DNA of 63,465 bases, counting the filler, from Octopus bimaculoides (lineage: Eukaryota), in the NCBI RefSeq assembly GCF_001194135.2. It is 6 parts of 5 records of this genome, joined end to end, with 100 filler letters (N's around TTAATTAATTAA, not from the genome) between each part and the next. Parts side by side here need not be neighbours in the genome. Positions count along the whole stretch, not along the records: positions 52,810 to 58,642 come from NC_068981.1; positions 58,743 to 60,901 come from NW_026410566.1; positions 61,002 to 63,465 come from NC_069000.1; 3 more parts are not named here. The stretch is one strand, 5' to 3'. Below the pieces are notes generated by a model. That model had not been told where the DNA came from. It saw only the letters and a list, made by a program, of their open reading frames with translations, and ran no database searches. This document shows, piece after piece, positions 52,810-63,465 of the stretch; positions within the stretch are counted from its first letter, which is position 1, and each line of letters opens with the position of its first letter. A program made the position numbers and the translations under genes.

Positions 52810-53139
52810 AAATATATACTGTCCTTCCTATAAATTGTAAAATTAATCCTTCTGAAATATGTAAAGTTCATTCCTTTCGTCATTTGTTGAAATTTTAAGT
52901 GTTAAACACTTTTTTGTATAAAAATTGGTATATTTTTTCTAAATGTATACAAGACCTCGGCAAAACTCATCCTGCTGTTAGACGTGTTGGTAATCCTATA
53001 GATCCGATCCAAGTTTGAAAATTCATCCACCGCGAATATTTCAACATTAAATTTACATATTCTTTTAGAATATTACTTATAAAAGTTATGTATATATATA
53101 TATACTTGCGGCTTATTTCAGTTTCTGTATACCAAATGC

Positions 53140-53466
53140 ACGCTGAGTCGCGGTCGTAGGATCGCGTTGTGACTGTTGAGCGAAAACACCTAAAGTTCCA
53201 CGAGGCCCCCGCAGGGGCGGTGGGTGAACTCTGCTGTACTTTTTCACCATAACATTCTCTGACTCGTTCTCCCAGTTTCTGTTGTACTTGTATTTCAAAG
53301 GGTCAGCCTTGTCACATTCTGTGTCAGGCTGAATCTCCCTTAGAACAACATTAAGGGTACACGTGACTGCGGAGTGCTCAGCCACTTTCACGTTAATTCC
53401 ACGAACAGGCTGTTCCGTCGATCAGATCAACTAGAACGCTCGTCGTCGTAACCGACGGAACGCCAC
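53140..53466 (+). mobile_element. Family-C SINE (5' partly lost)
   Basis: gagcgaaaacacctaaagttccac...gctcagccactttcacgttaattccacgaacaggctgttccg matches 16133-16526. Confidence 0.85.
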
Positions 53467-54291
53467 GCGCGATATATATGTGTGTGCGCATATGCATATA
53501 CATATACATAAAGTGGATACCACATGATATATCAATTGACGTATATTGTTTATTATCTTTATTTGTGAGTGTGTGTATATGTATGTCTGCGTGTGTGTGT
53601 GTGTACATATATACATATATATGATTGTATCAGTGATTTAGATCGGACTCATGCTGGAGCAATCGCCTAAAGTATTTTTAGTCAAATGACGCCAGTAATG
53701 AATTTATTGAAGTCTAGTCCATGTATTATCGGTCTTGTTTGCAAAACCGCTGGATTACTGGACATAAACACACCAAAACTGAATGTCAAGCCTTTCTGAG
53801 ACACATACACACACAGAGATATATATGCATATATATATATATATATATATATANNNNNNNNNNNNNNNNNNNNNNNNNNNNNNNNNNNNNNNNNNNNNNN
53901 NNNNNNNNNNNNNNNNNNNNNNNNNNNNNNNNNNNNNNNNNNNNNNNNNNNNNNNNNNNNNNNNNNNNNNNNNNNNNNNNNNNNNNNNNNNNNNNNNNNN
54001 NNNNNNNNNNNNNNNNNNNNNNNNNNNNNNNNNNNNNNNNNNNNNNNNNNNNNNNNNNNNNNNNNNNNNNNNNNNNNNNNNNNNNNNNNNNNNNNNNNNN
54101 NNNNNNNNNNNNNNNNNNNNNNNNNNNNNNNNNNNNNNNNNNNNNNNNNNNNNNNNNNNNNNNNNNNNNNNNNNNNNNNNNNNNNNNNNNNNNNNNNNNN
54201 NNNNNNNNNNNNNNNNNNNNNNNNNNNNNNNNNNNNNNNNNNNNNNNNNNNNNNNNNNNNNNNNNNNNNNNNNNNNNNNNNNNNNNNNNNN

Positions 54292-54328
<37 letters not shown>

Positions 54329-54344
54329 TGTGTGTGTGAGTGTA

Positions 54345-54535
54345 TTTGTGTGTCTGTGTTTCTCCCCAACATCGCTTGACAACCGATGTTGGTGTGTTTA
54401 CGTCCCCGTAACTTAGCGGTTCGGCAAGACAGACCGATAGAATAAGTACTAGGCTTACAAAGAATAAGTTCTGGTGTTGATTTGCTCGACTAAAGATGGT
54501 GCTCCAGCATGGCCGCAGTCAAATGACTGAAACAA
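54345..54535 (+). mobile_element. 3' half of a family-A CORE SINE
   Basis: catcgcttgacaaccgatgttggtgtgtttacgtccccgtaacttagcggttcgg...ggtgctccagcatggccgcagtcaaatgactgaaac. Confidence 0.85.
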
Positions 54536-54869
54536 AATATATATATATACATGAAAATCTCTCGGCTATGAAAATCCATTTACAATAGAAATATCTGATT
54601 TGTTTTATAGTTATGCGAACTCACACCAATCCCGTCTTTAATAATTACCCAAATTTTGACTAAAACTACTAAATTTATATATACAATACCATAACAAGAT
54701 CATCCCAAAACAAAAGTGAGAAAAGAACAGTATTTACTTGAATAACAGATAAATATACAACGAATAAACAAATATGTTACCATATAGAAATATGGAAGAA
54801 AAATATACATGATACACCATTCCACACATACACATACACAAAAACTAATGACACATGAAAGTAGAAGCA

Positions 54870-55286
54870 GTAAACATCATAGAAACTCCTTCACGAGAAG
54901 ACATAGATTTCTTCTGGAGGAATATCTGGAGCGAGGAGATGGAATTTAACCAAGAAACTATGTAACTGGAAGAAATTCGAAGGAGTTATTATCCCTGCAT
55001 TACACCCATGACATACAACGCTGATAGCGATACCCAGGTGACTGTAATCCAGAAAATTTGGGATGAAAAGCATGTAGAAGAAACTTGATTGTTGAATACT
55101 GGTACAAGAATCTAACCTTCCGCCGACCATGTCTTAACCTTTACCAATAAGATCGTATTGGGAATAGTAGCATGCCACACAAGTTAGCTCTGACAAAATA
55201 CAGAAACACCCACGTGGTAAAACAGTACTGATCAATTGCAGGCCAGAAATTAACAAATAACATATATTCAGCATTTTTTAACCTCT
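54870..55286 (+). mobile_element. R4/Dong-like non-LTR retrotransposon remnant, region upstream of and entering the RT
   Basis: PSREDIDFFWRNIWSEEMEFN..., IVEYWYKNLTF, and NTHVVKQY*SIA resemble the R4-clade FWxxIW / GYWYK / NYRPIA motifs. Confidence 0.6.
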
Positions 55287-56717
55287 NNNNNNNNNNNNNN
55301 NNNNNNNNNNNNNNNNNNNNNNNNNNNNNNNNNNNNNNNNNNNNNNNNNNNNNNNNNNNNNNNNNNNNNNNNNNNNNNNNNNNNNNNNNNNNNNNNNNNN
55401 NNNNNNNNNNNNNNNNNNNNNNNNNNNNNNNNNNNNNNNNNNNNNNNNNNNNNNNNNNNNNNNNNNNNNNNNNNNNNNNNNNNNNNNNNNNNNNNNNNNN
55501 NNNNNNNNNNNNNNNNNNNNNNNNNNNNNNNNNNNNNNNNNNNNNNNNNNNNNNNNNNNNNNNNNNNNNNNNNNNNNNNNNNNNNNNNNNNNNNNNNNNN
55601 NNNNNNNNNNNNNNNNNNNNNNNNNNNNNNNNNNNNNNNNNNNNNNNNNNNNNNNNNNNNNNNNNNNNNNNNNNNNNNNNNNNNNNNNNNNNNNNNNNNN
55701 NNNNNNNGAAAGGTTGGTAGAGGGAGAAAAAGGGGAGGAAGTAGAATATAGGTGAGCAACAAAAGACAGGAAAGAAAAGAGAGATATAGTATTGAAGAGG
55801 AGAGGCGAAGAACAACAGAAGGAAGAACAAGAGGGGGAGAAAGATACAAAGACAGATACAAAGATAGATAGAGTAGCGTCAGAAATATAAAGTTCAAAAC
55901 TTACTTGCAAGGATAACGCGTGTGTTCGAGCATGTAATACAAATAATAAATGAGTATATGCATATATACGTACATGTATGTACATACCTACATCTACATG
56001 TATATATAGATGCATATCTGGGTACAGGACGTTGCAAAAAAAAGTGGACAAAATGATAAACAGAGTACAGAAAACACACAGGCCACATAGAGAACATTTC
56101 CTCCATCAGCTGCCACCATTCTAAAACTAAGCGTTTCGAAGAGTTAGGGTAGGACACATCGTTAGAATGGCTCTTCCCACGGACCACAAATTAAGTTTGT
56201 ACCATGGAGGAATGTAGTGGCGGATAGAAAACAAGACAGGAAAACGAAACAGTTAAAATGAACAAAAAAGGCTATACGGCCAGACGTGAAAAAAATGTGT
56301 ATATTGAACGTTGTGAAATAACGAACTGGAAGGAAACGGGACGAAGAATATGTATATATATATATATGCGTGTGTGTGCGTGTTTCTGTGTGTTGCATGT
56401 GTGCGTGTGTGCTTATACATGTAAATTTATAAATGTGATAAATTAGTTGAATGCTAGACATAATAATACAGTGCAAAACAAAACAAAATAAAAAGAAAGA
56501 AAGATAAATTTTAAAAATCAGTAAGTAAACAGATATTTATAAGTTCGTTAATAAATTTTTCCATCAGAGTGAAATCGTGCATATTTAAGATATGAAGCAT
56601 TTTACAGAAATATTCTTATGAAATATGCATGCACCTATCCAGGCATACTTGCATTCATACATGCATGCATACGTACGCGTATTTCCATAGATCGATATAT
56701 TTAAAGACTGTCATACC

Positions 56718-56757
56718 GGCCATGACGAAGGGAAATAGCCCTGAAACTCGAGTCGCC
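56718..56757 (+). ncRNA. Minimal type-I hammerhead-like motif with palindromic helix III
   Basis: GGC-CAUGACGA-AGGG-AAAUAG-CCCU-GAAAC-UCGA-GUC-GCC; perfect 4-bp stem II, ACUCGAGU palindrome, GUC triplet; followed directly by (TA)n. Confidence 0.55.
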
Positions 56758-58414
56758 TTTATATATATATATTTATATTCATATATTTATATATTTGATC
56801 CTTTATATTGAACACTCAATATTTCATCTACATTCAATACTTTATTTCATGGTGCCATCCATTTTTATTTTATTTTATATTATATATTGTATATTATATT
56901 ATATATTGTATATTCCATATTCTATACCCNNNNNNNNNNNNNNNNNNNNNNNNNNNNNNNNNNNNNNNNNNNNNNNNNNNNNNNNNNNNNNNNNNNNNNN
57001 NNNNNNNNNNNNNNNNNNNNNNNNNNNNNNNNNNNNNNNNNNNNNNNNNNNNNNNNNNNNNNNNNNNNNNNNNNNNNNNNNNNNNNNNNNNNNNNNNNNN
57101 NNNNNNNNNNNNNNNNNNNNNNNNNNNNNNNNNNNNNNNNNNNNNNNNNNNNNNNNNNNNNNNNNNNNNNNNNNNNNNNNNNNNNNNNNNNNNNNNNNNN
57201 NNNNNNNNNNNNNNNNNNNNNNNNNNNNNNNNNNNNNNNNNNNNNNNNNNNNNNNNNNNNNNNNNNNNNNNNNNNNNNNNNNNNNNNNNNNNNNNNNNNN
57301 NNNNNNNNNNNNNNNNNNNNNNNNNNNNNNNNNNNNNNNNNNNNNNNNNNNNNNNNNNNNNNNNNNNNNNNNNNNNNNNNNNNNNNNNNNNNNNNNNNNN
57401 NNNNNNNNNNNNNNNNNNNNNNNNNNNNNNNNNNNNNNNNNNNNNNNNNNNNNNNNNNNNNNNNNATGAATTTTACCTTAAATTTAATTTTAATGTATCG
57501 GGGTAGAAGATCAATATATTTTAGTAAGAATGATGATGCCTATGAACAATATATCCTTGTTTTACTATCTTCGTATATTTTAGACATCACAAAATTGATT
57601 TGATTAACGGGCATAAATTTTTGAAGAGCAAAAATATTTTCGGCTATTATAATTGTGCATAATACCAAAAAATAAGCAAAGTGAATTATTTTATATAGAG
57701 CAAAGGCATGAATTTAAATATTTGAGAGAGTCGGTTGGTGATAGACTAAATTACGTAGGGGGATAAACACGTTTGTGGCCATAATACATGTACATAATAA
57801 CACTGAAAGAGCAAAGTGAATTAACTGAAGCCAAAGAAAAGTATGAATTTAAAATACCTCTTATAGCTGGTTAAATGTGGTAGGAATATAATAAATTTAT
57901 GAATTTAAATTTGAGTCGTAGTAGGATTAAAAACAAAGAGTATCTCTGAAGAAAAGTGAGAATGACTGATTTCCGGTTTATGGGACGTTGTAGATGGAGC
58001 ATAGACTAAATAATCTTCATTTTATTGGAAGAAGTTACGCAAATATAACGGGCCGTCAAACAGATTTTGATAAACAGAAACTCTGTGGAGGACCGTTATG
58101 TACAAACGTACATACATACATATATTAAAACATATATGCATATGTAAAAACATACACACACACACACACATACATGCATAATGCATAGATATATACATAT
58201 ATACATGTATGCTTATGTATTTTTATGAAAGTATATGCATTTGTATGTGTGCTTTACTACACATTACTTTTGTTAACATTTTTCTTAATCCTTTAATCAG
58301 TATTTTTGTTCTCAATGTAATTATAAGCCGTCAGCCTACATGCGTTTATGTATGAATGTACGTATGTATGTATGTATGTATGTATGTATGTATGTATGTG
58401 TGTATCTATATATC

Positions 58415-58500
<86 letters not shown>

Positions 58501-58642
58501 TTAGGGACAAAATCCAAAATTACAGGTAAAAAACTCAATTAAAATCAATTTATAAAAAATTAAAATTAAATTGAGCCTTATAGATAAAGTATATATAAAA
58601 TATATATAGTTTTAGGGAAAATAACCAATTTTCAAGAACTCA

Positions 58643-58742
58643 NNNNNNNNNNNNNNNNNNNNNNNNNNNNNNNNNNNNNNNNNNNNTTAATTAATTAANN
58701 NNNNNNNNNNNNNNNNNNNNNNNNNNNNNNNNNNNNNNNNNN
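58643..58742. other. Artificial scaffold joiner (44N-TTAATTAATTAA-44N)
   Basis: Same 100-bp layout as the other joiners. Confidence 0.9.
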
Positions 58743-59409
58743 ATATATATATATATATATGTCAGTCTCTTCATATATACAAACACTCATACACACACAT
58801 ATGTGTGCCCATACAATAGCAACAATACTATGAATAAGACAAGTAATTCCATCTAAAATGAAGACAACTGCTTGAGATCATGTAGTACCCTGACATATTT
58901 TAGAAGTTAAATGAAATATTTGATCTTGGGCCAATGAAGATTGACATGAGACTAAATGACAACAATACAATGAACAATATGACCACTGCAGCCATCAGTA
59001 ATATCTCTTTCACCATCACAAAACCCAATACAACCAACCCCACTACCAACCCACCACCATTTGTAAAGACCAACTAGCAACAACAATAATGGTATCAGCA
59101 TGGTGGGAATATCTGTAGCTACATATGTTCTATGTCAATATAACCAAGTGAAAGAGTGTGAAGTTTTTTATGGCTTAAGGCAGAGGTGCAAAGAGTGAAA
59201 TGTCTGTGAACTTGGTAAGCTTTCAACTAACTGCAAGCATACAGTACTTCTTCTCTACTCATGCATTCACCCTTTCACACTTCTAAGGGCCTAACACCAT
59301 CCCCCCCCCTAACTAGGCTTTATCGATCATATAGCGCATAAAAATGGTGTAGTGTATGCAGGTTGTAGGTTATTGTTTGTTTATGAATTCTGCCAAATGC
59401 AAGCTTTCT

Positions 59410-60901
59410 TTTCAGGTGCATACCTCACACACATTCAGAGTTGGCACACTCAACGTCGGCATGCTGAAAGCTAGGTCTGGTGAGACTGTTGAAATGCTTG
59501 AACGGAGACGTGTAGATTTGTTCTGCATCCAGGAAGTAAGGTGGAGAGGAGGTTCCGCTAGGTTCCTCACAGGCAAAGAACACAGGTACAAGATTTTCTG
59601 GGCAGGGAACATTGACGGTGTCGGGGGCATGGGTATACTTCTTGTGGAGAAATGGGTTGATAAGGTAATCGAGGTAGTCAGAGTATGTGACAGAGTACTT
59701 AAGATAAGATTAGTGCTTCACCATCTCGGCCTATGCCCCTCAACCGGGGCTACCGGATGGGCAGAAAGACCGATTTTATGACACCCTATTGCAGACTACC
59801 TCGTTGACGAATGACAGGGACCGTCTCTTTGTGGCTGGTGATTTCAATGGACATGTTGGACAACATGCAGGGGGCTTCCATGGAGGCTATGGTTTTGGTT
59901 CCCACAATGAGGAGGGAACTAGATTGCTGGAGTTCTGTGATGCAAATGATTTTATGGTTTCCAATACTAACTTCAGGAAACCTGCCAGTCACCTAGTCAC
60001 TTACAATTCTGGCAGACACACTAGCCAAATTGACTACATCCTCACCAGAAAAAGGGAAAGAGGGCTGCTTATAAATGCCAAAACCTTCCCAGGCGAAGAA
60101 TGTACCCCTCAACATAGATTAGTAGTTAGCGACTTCGGGATCAGAGCTAAATGGATGCCCAGAAGAAGACCAGCTTTGGAGGAGAAGGGTCTGGAAGCTT
60201 AAAGATCCTGCAAATGGACAAAGATTGAGACATATTACTTGAAGCCTTCAACGAAATAGAAGGGGATATAGCATCACATAATGTGGAAGACAACTGGAGG
60301 TTTCTACGGGACAACCTGCTGAGAGCCACTGACCAGATCTGTGGATGGTGCAAAGACCCCTCTCGATCCAAGGTAACATGGTGGTGGAACAATGTGATTG
60401 ACAAGTCTATTAGACAAAAGAAACAGGCTTGGAAGGACTGGAAGAACGGAGGTAGCAGGGAATTGCTTCAGACTGATAGAAGGGAAGCTAGGAGACAGGT
60501 TTATTTAGCCAGAGGGGAAGCAGATAAGGAAAAATGTTCTGTGCCGCGAGGACCAAAGACTTGAAGTATTTCACGTTAAAAGACAGTGTGTGAGAGAGAA
60601 TTGTGATGTCGTAGGAGAGAAATGTGTCCGCATGGATGATGGTTCACTTGCACTAAACGAGGCTGCAAAGAGAGAGGTTTGGAGACGCCACTATGAAAGG
60701 TTGCTCAATAAAGAGAATGAATGGGAGAAAGAGAGTCTGCCGAATGTTGACCCAACAGAGGGACCAGCTATCCAAATTGACAGTACCATGGTAGATAAAG
60801 CAATCAAGAGTATGATGACAGGGAAAGCCTCCGGCCCATCAGGAATCGCTACAGAGATGCTCAAAATATCTGGCAGTGTCGGTTATAGCCTAGTCACCCA
60901 T
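59410..60901 (+). mobile_element. RTE-clade LINE 5' half: AP endonuclease, linker and start of RT, frameshifted and cut by a scaffold join
   Basis: RVGTLNVG, CIQEVRW, VAGDFNGHVG, SQIDYIL and HRLV endonuclease motifs; then KASGPSGIATEMLK at the RT entry; spread over ORFs 59356, 59789, 60283 and 60590. Confidence 0.95.
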
Positions 60902-61001
60902 NNNNNNNNNNNNNNNNNNNNNNNNNNNNNNNNNNNNNNNNNNNNTTAATTAATTAANNNNNNNNNNNNNNNNNNNNNNNNNNNNNNNNNNNNNNNNNNN
61001 N
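60902..61001. other. Artificial scaffold joiner (44N-TTAATTAATTAA-44N)
   Basis: Same 100-bp layout as the other joiners. Confidence 0.9.
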
Positions 61002-61505
61002 TCAATGAAAATTTCAAGGCATCTCTTAACCAACTGCTCCTGTAAGTTCGCCTAATACGTCGTTGGGTATTTTCACTGGGTGCTTAGAAGAAACTGTCAA
61101 CTGAATATATGATGTATTAATTAAAAGTTGTTTGAATTGATGCTAAGTCTCTGTTGCCTTGCTTTTGTTTAGTGTGTTTATCCATGAGAACGACAATAGG
61201 TTCTGATATTCCTAGTATTGCCGAATAATCTTCACCAATACTTAAACCTCAACAAGCGTTCACCGTTTATCAGATCTCCATGCTGTTACTATCATACGGC
61301 AAAGTTTATCGTGGACCAGAGCAGTGTCCACATAATTTGAGATGACCTAGCCATGGCCTTTCTTCGCGCGATTTCTCTTATATTAGAAGAATAAGAATGT
61401 CCTCTATGGTGAGTTTTGAGATACATATCTAATAGATAAATACGTAAGTGGGTAGATAGGTACACAAATAAAACGGACAGACAAGCATACATAGACACGC
61501 GCGCG

Positions 61506-61604
<99 letters not shown>

Positions 61605-61869
61605 ACTCACACATAGTAATGTACATAGAAATACATGACCAATCTCTCGTATGTATACACGTATTATGTCAGTGCATATATAAATGTAAACATATGCCTA
61701 TAGGACAAACACATACGAGTCCACGCATTCGTCCACTCACACATACATTATATACATACATATATACATTATATACATACATATATACATATACGTATCT
61801 TTACATTTATATATGCACAGACATTATACGTGTATACATACGAGAGAAACATTCATAGGATTATGGCAC

Positions 61870-62150
61870 TACGTTGGTTACGATGAATAACGTTCCATCT
61901 GATCCACGAAATTAACGTGTAAGTGGCTGAGTACACCCCAGACACATGTACCCACAACGTGGTTCTTAGAAGGTTCAGAGAGACACAGAATGGGAGAAAG
62001 CTGGTACTTCGAAATAGATAATGTTCATTTTTGCCAGTTGAGTGGACTGGAGCAACGTGAAATAAAATGTCTTCCTCAAGGATACAACACGCCGCCGGGA
62101 TTCGAAATTACGATTTATAATTGTGTACCACATACCCAAATGACTAAACA
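61870..62150 (-). mobile_element. CORE-type SINE with a family-E head and core and a family-C tail
   Basis: Minus strand: ttcgaatcccggcggcgtgttgtatccttgaggaagacattttatttcacgttgctccagtccactc (like 49590-49670), then ctcagccacttacacgttaatttcgtgg (like 16425-16450). Confidence 0.75.
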
Positions 62151-62283
62151 ATGTACCTTTGCAGGCGTACATGCATGCATGCATGCAATGCATGCATCCA
62201 TCCATACATACATACATACATGCATAATACATATATACATACATGCATGCATATATACATGAGTACATACATAAACACATAGT

Positions 62284-62321
<38 letters not shown>

Positions 62322-62384
62322 CAAACATACATACATATATACATACATACTGATATGCATGCATACATGCATGAATGCAAACTG

Positions 62385-63250
62385 AAATGCATGCCCAAAG
62401 CATTCGCCCGACTCTACCGCAACGTATCATCTGTGAACCTACATGACAGAAGACTGTGGACGGACATGTTAGTAAAAAATCTCCGAGATGATTGTATCAT
62501 TGATCATAAAAACAGTATATCATGGATCAATAGGCAGATTACTACCTCCCACTTTTAAAGGTTTGCGTTTGCAATTCGGGAATAGGAAATATCCATCAAA
62601 TAACTGGTGCACAAAAGGGATAGAGATGCAGAAAAAGCAGTAAAATGTGACACTCGATGTAGACATCGATAATATCACCCACACCACAAGCATTTGTCCG
62701 CAAATGTCATTTCGGTATTATCTTCCGATGCGATATGATGTTGCAGACAGTACACTCTATAATGAAATCCGTCGGAAGGATAACCCGAGGACAAAGAAAT
62801 AAGAACCGACAGTATGGTAGAAGCCATAACCACCGATAATAAAGTGGAGTGCTGGTGGAATATGCCAGTGAAGACCTTAATAAAATGTAAGAACAACAGA
62901 CTTGATATAATGATTTGGGATATAGAAGAGAAACTGTGTAAAGTTGCGGAAACTAGCTGCACAGGGGACGTTATCTTAAAGCTGAAGGGCAGTGAAAAAG
63001 AGAATACTTACGCTGAACTATTGAGAAATTTGCAGATACTCAATCCAGGTAACAAATTCAGGTTTATACTTGTAATTATTGGGAACCTGGGATATGTAAC
63101 TTGGGATATGCAATTACCTAAATACCAACCTTGAGAAATTGGGCTTCTCAAAACCAGCTTAGAGAAAACGAATTCGAGGACTACAGACCCAATCTATCGC
63201 TGGAACTGTGAAAATCTGTAAAACTTTCCAGAAGTTTATCATTTCAATAT
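62385..63250 (+). mobile_element. R4/Dong-like RLE non-LTR retrotransposon 3' portion (CCHC knuckle and restriction-like endonuclease)
   Basis: SISWINRQ...FAFAIRE, KCDTRC...HTTSICPQM..RYYLPMRYDV, WWNMPV, NNRLDIMIWD...CKVAETSC, KENTYAEL, IIGNLG and QSIAGTVKICKTF; stops and frameshifts present. Confidence 0.85.
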
Positions 63251-63412
63251 ATATGAGCATGTCTAGATATGCAACTATATGCATAAGAATATACACATAA
63301 AACATAAAAATTTGCACATGTACATACATATATACGTACATACAAGCATACATTCATACGTACGTGCATTCATGCAAATATGCGTACATATATATACATA
63401 CGTGTATGTGTA

Positions 63413-63465
<53 letters not shown>

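Noticed and set aside
56130-56180. Minus-strand CUAACGA...GAAAC motif
   Set aside because: Core is mutated, and stem II and the cleavage triplet cannot be formed; at most a very decayed relic
59356-60202. Host gene of the CFDP2/craniofacial-development-protein-2-like type
   Set aside because: It is the AP endonuclease of an RTE LINE, with frameshifts and contiguous RT-linker sequence

Overview
Repeat-dense eukaryotic genomic DNA, almost certainly octopus/coleoid cephalopod (inference from the SINE and microsatellite landscape; no database search was run). The window is a composite of six assembly pieces joined by identical 100-bp spacers (44 N + TTAATTAATTAA + 44 N), plus many N gaps inside microsatellites. 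Only one host coding exon is firmly recognisable: a 71-nt plus-strand exon (27842-27912) encoding [23 protein letters not shown], from the N-terminal suppressor domain of the inositol 1,4,5-trisphosphate receptor (ITPR). Much of the window is probably ITPR intron. The rest is decayed mobile DNA: RTE, R4/Dong-like, Tx1/L1 and CR1/L2 LINE remnants, a DD37D (maT) Tc1/mariner element, hAT-like MITEs and several tRNA-derived SINE families. Almost all long ORFs in the supplied track are microsatellite or N-gap artefacts. The most interesting signal is a set of eight minimal type-I hammerhead-ribozyme-like motifs from about five sequence families of Penelope-like element (PLE) type. Most sit at element ends that abut (TA)n or (AAT)n microsatellites. 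Two form the arms of a ~735-bp head-to-head palindrome, and one three-copy family carries a consistent non-canonical CUGUNGA (A6U) core with a compensatory change in stem II. Catalytic activity is untested. All structures were assigned by eye.
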